Source: Dendrobates tinctorius (Eukaryota). Taken from it: a stretch of 64,000 nt of DNA. How positions within the stretch are numbered: position 1 is the first letter of the stretch; every line of letters begins with the position of its first letter. Where the stretch lies: contig NW_027361696.1 of the NCBI RefSeq assembly GCF_039654945.1, positions 17,980,001-18,044,000 on the forward strand, written 5' to 3'. The position numbers and the translations under genes are program-made. Positions 38,301 to 50,507 of the stretch are shown here, in pieces. The notes beneath the pieces were generated by a model. That model was not told the origin of the DNA, searched no databases, and saw only the letters and a list, made by a program, of their open reading frames with translations.

Positions 38301-41300
38301 GCATGGAGGCAAAAAGCAGACAACCTGGAGAATAGAATGCGTCGGAATAACATCCGAGTTATTGGTCTGCCGGATAGATAGGAAGGTCAACATCCGGAAC
38401 AATTTCTAGAAGACTGGCTCAAAACTTCTCTGGGAGATGAATTCTCCCCAACATTTGCTGTGGAACGGGCTCACAGGATTCCTACAAGACCTCTTCCTCC
38501 TGGAGCCCCACCTAGACCTTTTCTGGCGCGTCTCCTCAATTGCAGGGATAGGGATGCGATTCTACGTCTAGCTCGACAGTAAAGTCCCATCAAGTTCAAC
38601 ATTGCCACGATCTCAATTTTTCCAGATTTTTCTATGGAACTCCAGAAACAGCAGGCACAATTCATGGACATCAAGAAGCAGCTCCGGGAGAAGAATGTTG
38701 TGTACTCCATGATCTATCCGGCCAGGCTCCGGGTGGTCCATGAAGGTTCTTCTATATTTTTTACGGATCCGGTGGAAGCGGCTGCGGTCCCACAAAGGGT
38801 CTGCTGCGAAGGAATCCTAATGTTTCTACTGTTAATCAGAATTCTTTTTATTGATGGTTCGATTGGAGCTTTTTCCGCAGGCGTCCGGATTACCAACAAT
38901 ACCGGACACTGAGCCCAGTGATGGTATCCCCTTGTCTACTTCATGACGGGAGAGCAGGACTTTGCTCCCGTATTGTTTGTTTCTTTACTTTGATGTTTCT
39001 TTATAGTGGTTTTATTTGTTTTTTTAGGTAGAATTTGCAGCCAACAGCAGTTTCAATCTATGTGTGGTGTCTCTAAATTTTACTCGGGTACTGATGTAGG
39101 CCATATCCAGCGGAGTAAACATGGGGTCTGAGATTATATGTATGACATGGAACGTGAGAGGTATAAAAACCCCCCGGAAAAAGATCAAAGTTTTCTCGCA
39201 GATTAGACATTACCGCCCTCACATTGTGGCCTTGGTGGAGACGCATCTGACCAAGGTTACAGCTCGGTGCGTGCAGAAGCCTTGGGTACAATGGTCTGTC
39301 CATGCATTCCATACTCGAGAGAGGTTTCACTGTTGGTGCATAGAGATGTTAGATGGGAAGCCAGGGAGACCCGGAGGGATCCTGAGGGTCGTTTTGTCTT
39401 CGCATATGCATCGATAAATACCAGGGAATATGTAATTGTGTTTATAATCCACTCCCGGCTAATATGTCCATTCTTCAGAAGGCGATGAGCTTCGCCCTAA
39501 ATTATCCAGATGCGGATGTTATCTGTATGGGGGACTTCAATATGGTCATGAATAACCGTTTTGATAAATTGAGATTGGATGATGGAGTGTCTGGGGGGGG
39601 TTCCTTCGCCGACAGCAACCCAGCTGTCGCAATTTATGGAGGGTAGCGGGTGGCTAGATTTGTGGAGAGTGCGGCACCCTGAGTTGGGAGAGTATACAAC
39701 TCATCTACTAAGCGCTCCCTATCACGCATAGATTACATATTCGGATCCAGTGGTCTGGCGATGTGGGTAGATAATATAGAAAATGGCAGTAGAGGGATCT
39801 CAGACCATAGCCCGGTCATCCTTAGACTTAAGTACGGGCAATTAAATAACAGTGTGGTTTGGAAGTTGAACCCTTTCTGGCTGAAACTGATAGTACCCAC
39901 CGATAGAACAATCGATCATTGCATTGCTTCATTTTGTCCCACCAGGAACCTCAGGATATTAATTTATTTTGGGATGCCCTTGAGGCATATCTGAGGGGCT
40001 GCTTGTCCTCCACAATTTCTTATATTAAGCGGGTAACCTCAAGGGAGGATGATGTGATGGAACGGCGATTGAAGGATTCAGAGGCTGCATACATATCTAA
40101 CCAAACTAATGGCAATAGGATTAAGTGGTTGGCTGCCCAACGATTATACACCCAGCATATGGACACTAAGTCTAAGCGCAAATTATTCTTTGCTCGCCAG
40201 TCTTATTTTGAGCTGGGAAACCAAGCAAGTAAATTTTTGGCCTATCTGGTGCACCAATATAATACCTCTAACACAATACTACAGAACCGTAAGTCGGATG
40301 ATTCGTTGGTGTCTTCAACTGAGGAGATTCTCGGCTGCTTTTGTGATTATTATAAGTCATTATATGAATCTAAAAGTGGCTCTGATGATTTGGGGTGTTT
40401 GGATTATTTGTCAGATGTAACAATTCCCTACCTTAGATCCTGATCAGCGAGCCTTTATGGACGCTGAATTCACTGTGGAAGAGATAAGAGAATGCCATAA
40501 TGGACATGGCATCTGGGAAGGCTCCTGGGCCGGACGGGTTCCCTATTGAATTGTATAGAAAATACCGAGACATATTAACGCCACTTCTGATAAAGGTATC
40601 TCGGGGAATATGGGAGGGGGAATCTATGCCTGAATCCTTTTACGAGGCCAATATCATAGTGCTTAGGAAGGAGGGGAAGGACCCTTTAGAATGTGGATCC
40701 TATTGTCCCATATCGTTAGTAAATGTGGACTATAAAACCTTTACTAAGATTCTCGCCACCAGATTACATTCGATAATACTAAACCTTATTCATCCTGACC
40801 AGACGGGCTTTATGCCTGGTATGAGCACTTCAATTAACATCAGACGAGTCCAGTCAATAGTCCAATATAGTTCTCTAGTGTCAGACAACAAATGGGCACT
40901 GGCATCGTTAGATGCCGCCAAGGCTTTTGACTCTCTTGAGTGGCCTTTCCTCTCCGCATGCCTACAGAGATATGGCTTTGGTGATAAGTTTATAAAATGG
41001 GTCGAAACACTATATGAAACCTAAAGCCCGTATTATCGTGAACAATTCCATATCTGAGTCCTTTTCATTACACAGGGGGACCCGTCAGGGGTGCCCCCTT
41101 TCCCCGATCCTCTTCGCCCTTGCGATTGAGTCATTGGCAATACGTATAAGGTCTTCCCCTGGTATTAAGGGTATAGATATAGCGGGTCGGGTAGATACCA
41201 TAGGTTTATATGCAGATGATGGGGTGATATTTATGCCCTGTTACCCCTATCCCATTCCCCGATGCCTCGACTTGAGGCTCTCTCCTCGTTGTCTATTGTA

Positions 41301-44300
41301 TCTAGCTTTAAATATCTGGGTGTCCATGTATCCCATAACAGTACGCTCGACTTACAACTTAATGTCTACCCATTGCTAGAGCTGGTTAGAGTTAAATTTG
41401 CAACTTGGAGCAAATTACCGCTGTCTGTGGCCGGACGCATTAACCTGATTAAGATGATATTACTTCCCAAACTTAGCTATTACCTTCAGCACAGTGCTGT
41501 AATGGTACCCAAGTCCTTCTTTGTGAATCTTAATTCCCAGGTCACATCTTTTATGTGGGGGAAAACCAGACCCAAACTTAAATTGTCCACTCTACAGAGG
41601 CCTAAAAAGGGAGGTGGGGCGGCGCTGCCAGATTTCTTCCTATATTATTTGGCTGACCAGACTAAAGCCCTAAGTAAATGGATGCAGGGTAATTATCTTC
41701 CTAATTCTGAAAGTCACTTGCTTAACGCGACAAGAAGTGATTGCCCACTGGGTTTCCTGGAGTTGGAGAGGCCTAGTGTCCCTCATTTACTGCCCTTGCT
41801 CCGTCTGGCACGATTAGTATGGAGGCAAATTAAGAAAGTGATCGGATTTAAGGATATCATAGCTGAAATTCCCCTATGGAAAAATGTCTATTTTCCGGTA
41901 TTACTAAGTCACCCGTCCACTGATTTTTGGATTCAACATAATGTCTCCTTGATAGGAGACCTGTATGATCATGGAACCTTAAAGTCTTTCGAACAGATAC
42001 AGGCTAAACGTGATGTTCCGAGATCTCAATTTTTCCGCTATTTACAACTAAGATCTGCTCTTCAGTCACACATAAGGTGTATGGGTGAGGGCCGTGCCAT
42101 TTCGTCCCTACCTTTGAAAGGAATTCTTAATTCACAGGGTCCCCAAGGCCTTATCTCCTCTTTATATACGTACATGCTGTCGGTGGGAGCAGAATCTGCC
42201 ATAAGCTCTGTTAAAGGGAAGTGGGAAAGACTCATTCCTAATACGCAGGGAGAGGAGTGGGAAGAGATCCTGGAGTATCCGATCGGAGTATCATCATCTA
42301 TTAATAGAATGATACAGCTGTATATAATAAACCAATCATATCTGACTCCGATACGACTTTTTAGGATGGGTCGATTCCAATCATCAGAATGTCTGCGATG
42401 TCACTCACCAGATGCAGATTTTATTCACATGATATGGCAATGTCCCGCTATCCTACAGTACTGGAAAGAGGTGACGCTATTCTTGTCATCACTGGTGCAA
42501 ACTCCTGTCCCTCTTGAACCACTGGTCTGCTTGTTTGGGGTATGGGAGGAGGAGGTTTGGGGTCACCATGTTGGGATTTTTCTACGTGAGACACTGTTTA
42601 TGGCACGGAAAGTATTGGCACTACGGTGGATGGGTAATTCATGTCCCTCTCTTAGAACTTGGATTGACTTGGAATATACGATTGTTCCATACGAGCACAC
42701 ATTATATCAGAACAGGGGATGCTTGGGAAAATTTGAAAAGATCTTGGAGAGGTGGAATTCTTCTCGTCTTACTTTGTAGAATGGAGACTTTGCATATGAG
42801 ATAATATAGTGAAAGATAGTAGGCTGCGAATTAGTAAATAGTGGACGTAGTCGTAATTTAGTTTAGGAACTTAGAATTAATCTACATTATCTGAGCGACA
42901 TGATAAAGGCCTGTGAGATATGATTGATATACATGCTCATAATGTATAGCCTGTTGGTCTTTGTATATGCTTGGGGGATTATGCATATATTACCCGTATA
43001 TTATTAATGAGTGTTCAACTTTTGTTTAGTATTTATCACATACAAATGTAGTATCCAATAAACATTACATTACAGACACAGAGAGGAAATATGGAGGAGA
43101 CATGAAGGTAAGCTGGGGAAGGAAAGGGAGACAATATATATCCCAAGGGAGCAGAGTAAGAATAACATTTACTGTATGTAGTGCCCAGAAGCTGCCATAG
43201 CTCGATCGTCTCTACTACATAGAGGCGATGCTCAGATCGCCCATAAGTAGCAGAATTACTGCATTGCTATGAGCATCGACCACAGGGTGGCGCTCAAAGC
43301 AATCCGGCATCAACAACCATAGAGGTCTCAAGGAGACCTCTAGTTGTTATGCAGACGAACCGATGACCCCTGACCCCCCCGATCACGTGACGGGACCCCC
43401 GTCACGTGATCGGGGGGTCATCAATTCGGTGTGCGTATTTCTGGACCGATGGCCGGAAGCGCGCGTTAAATGCCGCTGTCAGAGTTTGACAGCGACATTT
43501 AACTAGTTAATATGCACTGGTGGATCGTGATTCCAACCATGCCTATTGCGGGCACATGTCACCTGTTCAAAACAGCTAACATGTCACGGCTTTGATGCGG
43601 GCTCACCGCCAGAGCCCACATCAAAGCGGGGGATACTGCCATCGGACGTACTATACTGTCCGATGGCAGTAAGGGTTTAATAAGAATGATAAGAGATGGG
43701 GCACTCACCGTGTCAGTCTTGCACTGCAGAACTGCTGCCACTGTCTTGTCACCCGTGGAAGCAAAAGTGACCGAGTACGTCTAAGATATAGGAAAAAAAA
43801 AAAAGTTACAAAACATGCTTGGAAATGATAACTATGGCTGAAGTCCTGGAATGCAAATATCGCACAGGTATCTGCCTAAGCAGTACTGCTGCTGTTACAA
43901 AGCGGCACTGCAGGTGCCAGGAATAATGAAATAATTATAAAATGTCAGATTACAGGGGTATTCTCAGTTTGTAAGTTATCAATGGATTAGAGGATAACAT
44001 CCTGATTACTGTGGGTTCATCACCACCAGTTGCGAGAACCGTGACTCTGAAAAGCCCCGTGTGAATGGTTTCATTCATTCTTAAATGGACCACTTCGGCA
44101 CTCGAATAGAATGAATGGCACGGCAGTGCACATGATCGACCACTGCTCCTTCTTGGGGAGCGATCAGGAAGTCATCCCCATTACATGGATAAGGGATAAC
44201 TTCCAAACGCATCAATACCCCTTTAAAGGTATCCTATTATCAGTAGTAATCTCGAGAAAAGGAAAATACTCACGTGAAAGAAGTCTCGCAGAGGGGTGAG

Positions 44301-47300
44301 GATCCCATCTCGATACTGCATCAGCAAGAAGCGTTGTGGAGATATCTGGAGAAAGAACTGTGGCAGTGCCGATCCCGTGGTTGTACGTGGTGCGGTCACA
44401 ACACCGAGCTCAGTGATGTCATCAATCGCTTCCACACCAAGGGCCTAAAATAAAAACATGGCAGTCACCACGTATCATACATACGATCCTATGTAAGCAC
44501 TCACCCATAATATTCTGCATTGTGCAGTTATCTGTGCGTTGTCACCCATTTCAGGCTAAGAAAAAGATTACTATAGCATTCTTCAATGAGGGTTCTACTG
44601 TGTGATGGTGTGGGGGGGTGAAGTGGAGGTAATTAACCTGCAGGTGATGCTGGGTGGTCTCCTCCCCGGAAACCAAGGACAAGGTATGGAGGGAGGCAGT
44701 TACGGTGTCCGCACAGACCAAGACACCCTCTGTGACGATCCCACACGTCCCTTGTAGAGTATGAAGCCAGTGAGTGGGTACCTGAAACTGTGTAAAGACA
44801 CAATGATCAGTGGTCAGAACACAATCAGACCACTGGCACGACTGGCGGCTGCAGACGGTCACCAACCTGCTGACTGATCGATCCATCATCCACGCTAAAT
44901 GTCAGGATCCGGATGTGATCGTTGGGGACGATTCCCACCACATGAACAACCCCTTTGTAGGAGGAATGCAGCAGCTGGTACTGGACAGCGCCACTGGGGA
45001 TAGAAGAAAACACTTTTTTTTTTTTTCCCAGAAACAGGTTTGTTCATAAACCAAACTGAGTTCAGAGGGATGAAACCTACAGATCGCACTGAAGACACAG
45101 TGTGGAGGACTGCACAGCAAAAACCTATGACTGTACCTGTCCGGCAGAGGTTCGGACCACTTCATGTGCCCATTGGACAGATAGTAAAGCGATAATGCAG
45201 AGTTCTTCAGCACGGCAATGTATCGTGCCGAATCCTGAGTTCCAGCAAAACCGGCCACCTGAAAACTGAAGAAATACAAAATGTCACTATATACAGAAAG
45301 CCAGCAGGGGGCAGAGTGGCCAGCGCACAGCAGAGGAGCTGGGAGGTGATCGGATCGTATGAGGTTGGTCATCACAATTTATACAGGATTAGTCCTGTTT
45401 AATAGTGTAGCAAAGCCTTCTGCTTGTGTCATAATTTCTTACCTGCCAGCGTCTAGAAGAGCTTCCCAATTGAGACCCCCAATGTTAACCTCCCAAGAGC
45501 GCAAAACACGACCACCTGAAATAGTGATGGCATCTGGGAAAAAAAAGCATTTGATACGTCTCAGATATATCGCCAGTGGGGGCGCTGTTGCATTGTTTAT
45601 AGGAAAATTTTGATGACTGAGGTGGTGAGAAGCGGAACTGCAGCAAAGGAATCGTCATAATCAGGGGAACTCGTCAGTATGCAGCACACAAGCCTATTCT
45701 AACCAGGGACAATTTAAGTAATAAAGGAACATTAAGTTATTGCAGTTGTGAACGTAATAAATTCATCACAATGAAAAACAGCAATTCTAAAGATGAGCTG
45801 CAGTGTAAAGCAAGGAGAATTAAGAGTACCAGTCCGGGCCTTTGATACAACAGGTGAATTCCTGACTGGCCCTGACAGTATACTTACCCTGCCCGTACAT
45901 CAGCAGCGCATCCACGGCGCCCTCCGCGGTGTCCTTGTCTATGTGACGCCACACTGCAGGAGAGAGAGGTGATCAGTGACACGAGACAGCAACTGATCAG
46001 TGAGATCAGACAATGAAGAGACACTCACAGATGTCGCCCGTGCGAGAATTCAAGGCCACAATCACGTTCTTTTCGGTGGCGGCAATCAGTTTCTTGGCTC
46101 CTTGTCCAGACTCGAGTGCAGCAAACTTCATGCGCCCGACATACTGCTGCCGCCTGCAACACGGGGGGAAGATGTGTGTCATCAGCTGCACACACCGCCC
46201 CATCACAGGGATATATATACATATATATGGAGAGAGCCCCCGCACCTCTGGGGGCTGACAGGAGGAGAGAGCAGCCAGAGGTGCGGGGTGACAGGTGGAG
46301 AGAGCAGCCAGAGGTGCGGGGTGACAGGTGGAGAGAGCCCCCAGAGGTGCGGGGTGACAGGTGGAGAGCGCCCCCAGAGGTGCGGGGTGACAGGAGGAGA
46401 GCGCCCCCAGAGGTGCGGGGTGACAGGAGGAGAGAGCCCCCAGAGGTGCGGGGTGACAGGAGGAGAGAGCCCCCAGAGGTGCGGGGTGACAGGAGGAGAG
46501 AGCCCCCAGAGGTGCGGGGTGACAGGAGGCGAGAGCCCCCAGAGGTGCGGGGTGACAGGAGGAGAGAGCCCCCAGAGGTGCGGGGTGACAGGAGGAGAGA
46601 GCCCCCAGAGGTGCGGGGTGACAGGAGGCGAGAGCAGCCAGAGGTGCGGGGTGACAGGTGGAGAGCGCCCCCAGAGGTGCGGGGTGACAGGAGGAGAGAG
46701 CCCCCAGAGGTGCGGGGCTCTCCTCCTGTCACCCCGCACCTCTGGGGGCGCTCTCCTCCTGTCACCCCGCACCTCTGGGGGCGCTCTCCTCCTGTCACCC
46801 CGCACCTCTGGGGGCGCTCTCCTCCTGTCACCCCGCACCTCTGGGGGCTCTCGCCTCCTGTCACCCCGCACCTCTGGGGGCTCTCTCCTCCTGTCACCCC
46901 GGACCTCTGGGTGCTCTCTCCTCCTGTCACCCCGCACCTCTGGGGGCTCTCTCCTCCTGTCACCCCGGACCTCTGGGGGCTCTCTCCTCCTGTCACCCCG
47001 CACCTCTGGGGGCGCTCTCCTCCTGTCACCCCGCACCTCTGGGGGCTCTCGCCTCCTGTCACCCCGCACCTCTGGGGGCTCTCTCCTCCTGTCACCCCGG
47101 ACCTCTGGGGGCGCTCTCCTCCTGTCACCCCGCACCTCTGGGGGCGCTCTCCTCCTGTCACCCCGCACCTCTGGGGGCTCTCGCCTCCTGTCACCCCGCA
47201 CCTCTGGGGGCTCTCTCCTCCTGTCACCCCGCACCTCTGGGGGCTCTCGCCTCCTGTCACCCCGCACCTCTGGGGGCTCTCTCCTCCTGTCACCCCGGAC

Positions 47301-47944
47301 CTCTGGGGGCTCTCTCCTCCTGTCACCCCGCACCTCTGGGGGCGCTCTCCTCCTGTCACCCCGCACCTCTGGGGGCTCTCGCCTCCTGTCACCCCGCACC
47401 TCTGGGGGCGCTCTCCTCCTGTCACCCCGCACCTCTGGGGGCTCTCGCCTCCTGTCACCCCGCACCTCTGGGGGCTCTCTCCTCCTGTCACCCCGGACCT
47501 CTGGGTGCTCTCTCCTCCTGTCACCCCGCACCTCTGGGGGCGCTCTCCTCCTGTCACCCCGCACCTCTGGGGGCTCTCTCCTCCTGTCACCCCGCACCTC
47601 TGGCTGCTCTCGCCTCCTGTCACCCCGCACCTCTGGCTGCTCTCTCCTCCTGTCACCCCGCACCTCTGGGGGCTCTCGCCTCCTGTCACCCCGCACCTCT
47701 GGGTGCTCTCTCCTCCTGTCACCCCGCACCTCTGGGGGCGCTCTCTCACATGTCGGAGGAAGGACATCTCTGCGGACCTCTCCTGAATATCCCAGCACTG
47801 TGGAGGTTTCCCCCGTGACTGTAGTCTCCCTTCCCCTCTTTCCTCCCGCACTCACCAGTCAAACTTGCCCACTTGATCCTCGTACACAGCGGCGCTGACA
47901 GTCGCAGAGAGCAGCAGCAGCCCGAGCCGCACCACGGCCGCCAT
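26328..47944 (-). CDS. EMC1: ER membrane protein complex subunit 1, complete, 23 coding exons, 984 aa
   Basis: Exons: 47856-47944 (signal peptide + [11 protein letters not shown]), 46029-46153, 45888-45953, 45443-45533, 45137-45265, 44867-44993, 44638-44787, 44274-44444, 43709-43780, 35480-35527, 35276-35398, 35100-35196, 33736-33852, 33019-33218, 32720-32869, 32198-32359, 31817-31936, 31596-31733, 31320-31493, 31032-31242, 26952-27036, 26577-26706, 26328-26507 (TM + KLLNRAWR stop). All GT-AG; total 2955 nt in frame. Confidence 0.97.
27437..30559 (-). mobile_element. Internally deleted DIRS1-like element (MT + tyrosine recombinase only) in EMC1 intron 20
   Basis: Near-identical ITRs (about 27487-27625 and 30405-30543); ICR near 27755-27860; ORF 28132-29385 with [19 protein letters not shown] and YR; no gag or RT between the MT and the 5' region. 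Confidence 0.92.
30590..31031. repeat. 33-38-bp minisatellite derived from the EMC1 exon 20 end and donor site
   Basis: About 12 copies of GTACTTACTGAGGACGTGTC(G/C)GCTGG; the three copies nearest the exon have a period of exactly 38 bp. Confidence 0.9.
33925..35052 (+). mobile_element. 5'-truncated L2-clade LINE in EMC1 intron 12
   Basis: [28 protein letters not shown] and [10 protein letters not shown] peptides; (AAT)n tail at about 35035-35052. Confidence 0.9.
35624..36009. mobile_element. Harbinger-type MITE
   Basis: TAA-GGGTATGTGCGCACGA...TCGTGGGCACCCGGCC-TAA. Confidence 0.7.
36031..36391. mobile_element. Harbinger-type MITE
   Basis: TAA-GGCCTGTTTCACACATCCGT...ACGGATGTGTGAAACAGGCC-TAA; perfect 20-bp TIRs. 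Confidence 0.88.
36442..43676. mobile_element. Non-autonomous TTAA-targeting (piggyBac-like) DNA element split by an L1 insertion
   Basis: TTAA-CCCCTTCATGACC at 36438 and GGCAGTAAGGGT-TTAA at 43680; non-coding flanks surround the L1. Confidence 0.62.
37274..43060 (+). mobile_element. Full-length but inactivated L1-clade LINE, antisense to EMC1 in intron 9
   Basis: GC-rich 5'UTR starting GGGGGGCGTGGC; ORF1 near 37923-38800 ([38 protein letters not shown]); ORF2 39121-42779 ([48 protein letters not shown]....C), with several stops and frameshifts. Confidence 0.93.
46240..47745. repeat. 33-bp G-rich minisatellite arranged as two inverted arrays in EMC1 intron 1
   Basis: Unit CCCCAGAGGTGCGGGGTGACAGGAGGAGAGAGC; about 14 copies forward (to about 46717), then about 31 copies reverse-complemented. 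Confidence 0.95.
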
Positions 47945-48255
47945 GACAGCGCAGAGCCCGGCAGTGAGCAGAGCGCCCGAGCAGCACCACAGAAACGGAC
48001 CGGAAGCTCCACTCACCGCGCGGATTGAGTCCTCCGTCCGCCGCCTGTCTGCCTACTACTGTTGGCTCCGTTACAAAACGGCTCTCTCCGGAAACCGTTT
48101 GTGATTGTTGTGTACGAGGCCGGGAAAGAACGAAGCGCGGAGCGGGCTGCAGTATCAGCAGGCACCGAGAGAGACAGACCTGTATCCCAGAATGCAGCGC
48201 GCCGCCGGGGGCCTCACACAGCCAGACTGAGCTACACGTGACTGAGAGCAGAAGG
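47945..48255. promoter_or_regulatory. Bidirectional EMC1/MRTO4 promoter
   Basis: Divergent ATGs (47944 minus, 48256 plus) are 311 bp apart; CpG-rich; ETS-like ACCGGAAG at about 47999; E-box CACGTG at 48235-48240. Confidence 0.8.
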
Positions 48256-49880
48256 ATGCCTAAGTCCAAGCGTGACAAGAAAGGTGAGGGGCCTCCGGGG
48301 GCCACAGCTGTATGACGGGTGTCTGGGGGCCGAGCTGTTACCTGACTGATCTCTGCTGTTTATTCCCAGTGTCCCTGACCAAGACCAGCAAGAAAGGGCT
48401 GGAGGTGAAGCAGAGCCTGATCCAGGAGGTGAGTGGAGGCCGAACAGCGGCGGGGGGCACCCGGGAGACTGGGGGACAAATTACCACTAGAATCCTAGAA
48501 TGGTAGAGTTGGAAGGGACCTCCAGGGTCCTCGTGTCCCACCCCCTGATCAATGCAGGAGTCACTAAACCATCTCAGACAGATGTCTGTCCAGCCTCTGA
48601 AGACTTCCATTGAAGGAGAACTCACCACCTCCCGTGGCAGCCTGTTCCACTCATTGATCACTCTGTCAAAAAAGTCTTTTATAATATCTAATCTGTATCT
48701 TCCTTTCAGTTTCATTCCATATCTTCTCGTGTTTTCCATGTGTAGATAATGATCCCTCTACACTGTGACAGCCCTTCAGATATTTGTAGACAGCTATTAA
48801 GTCTCCTTTTAGCCTCTTTTACATACTAAACATTCCCAGATCCTCGTAGGACATACCCTGCAGTCCACTCACCATCCTGGTCGCTCTTCTCTGAACTTGC
48901 TCCAGTTGTCAATGTCTTTTATATGATGTGGTGTCCAGAACTGGACCCAGTATTGCAGATGAGGCCTAACCAAGGAGGAGTAGAGGGGGATAATTATTTC
49001 ACGTGATCTAGACTCTATACTTCTCTTAATACATCCTAGAACTGTGTTTGCCTTTTTTGCTGCTGCATCACACTGCTGACTCATGCAGTCTGTGAGCTAT
49101 TAGTATACCCAAGTCTTTTTCACACGTGCTGTTGCTTAGTTCTATTCCTCCCATTCTGTAGATGTAATTTTCGTTTTCTTCCTCTGATGTAGAATCTTGC
49201 ATTTCTCCCTGTTAAATACCATTCTGTTAGTCACTGCCCATTGTTGAAGTTTATCTAGATCCTTCTGAATTCTTCCTCTGTCTTCTCTAGTGTTAGCTAT
49301 TCCTCCTAGCTTTGCATTGTCTGTAAATTTGATTAGTTTACCTTTTAGTTCCCTTATCTAGATCATTTATAAAAATGTTGAACAACACTGGGGCACAGCA
49401 CAGATTTTTTTTACCGCACCTGTTGTGTGAGCTGGATTATCGTACCTTTCTAACGTTTTTACGTCTGGCTGAGATGGAATCCAGTGCTCCACACATGGAC
49501 CACATGAAGTCCTTCACGAGGGTGAACTGAACTGTTTCTTCTACATGTTCTACTTAATAATTTTTTCACAGATGTTTCCTGGCATAGAAGTAAGGCTCAC
49601 TGGCCTGCAATTTCCTTGCTCCGTCTTCTTTCCGTTTTTGAAGATAGTGACAACATTTGCCCTTCTCCAGGATTTTTCAAAGATTCTGGCTAGTGGTTCT
49701 GTAATTTCCTCTAAGGCTGGGGTCACACTAACCAACGATAATTACGGTCCGTACTTTCCATGCGTAATACGGAGAAATGTCCGTAGGCCGAGATTTTCTC
49801 GCAGGCTTGCAAAATGGACATATAATGGAGCCCAATGACAGGTTAAAACCTAAACTAAAGAATAGATATATACACATAGA

Positions 49881-49921
<41 letters not shown>

Positions 49922-50463
49922 CAGTACAGACCAAAAGTTTGGACACACCTTCTCATTTAAAGAGTTTTCTTTATTTTCATGACTATGAAAATTGTAGATT
50001 CACTGTGAAGGCATCAAAACTATGAATTAACACATGTGGAATTATATAATTAACCAAAAAGTGTGAAACAACTAAAAATATGTCTTATATTCTAGGTTCT
50101 TCAAAGTAGCCACCTTTTGCTTTGATTTCTGCTTTCTCTCTAGCGTGACCCCGGCCTAACTCTTTCAGTCCCCTAGGATGTAATTCATCTGGACCAGGAG
50201 ATGGAAATTCATGTAAATTAGCTCAGTGTTCCCTCACATCTCTCTGTTTATGGATAGAGTGGATTCTTTTATTCCTTCCATTGCAATGTGAAGCTGAGTT
50301 GATGACTTGATGTTGCATTTGCTTTCTAAGAGAACACAGATGCAAAATAGGAATGTAAAAATTTGGTTACTCAACATCATATATGACCACTTCACACTTT
50401 GCATTCTGTAAAAATTCTATAGCATCTTTGATTTTTCTTTTGCTTGTGACATTCCCCCAAAAT

Positions 50464-50507
<44 letters not shown>

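Noticed and set aside
46000-47898. ORFs of 550-632 aa on both strands
   Set aside because: Products of the 33-bp (11-codon) inverted minisatellite inside EMC1 intron 1.
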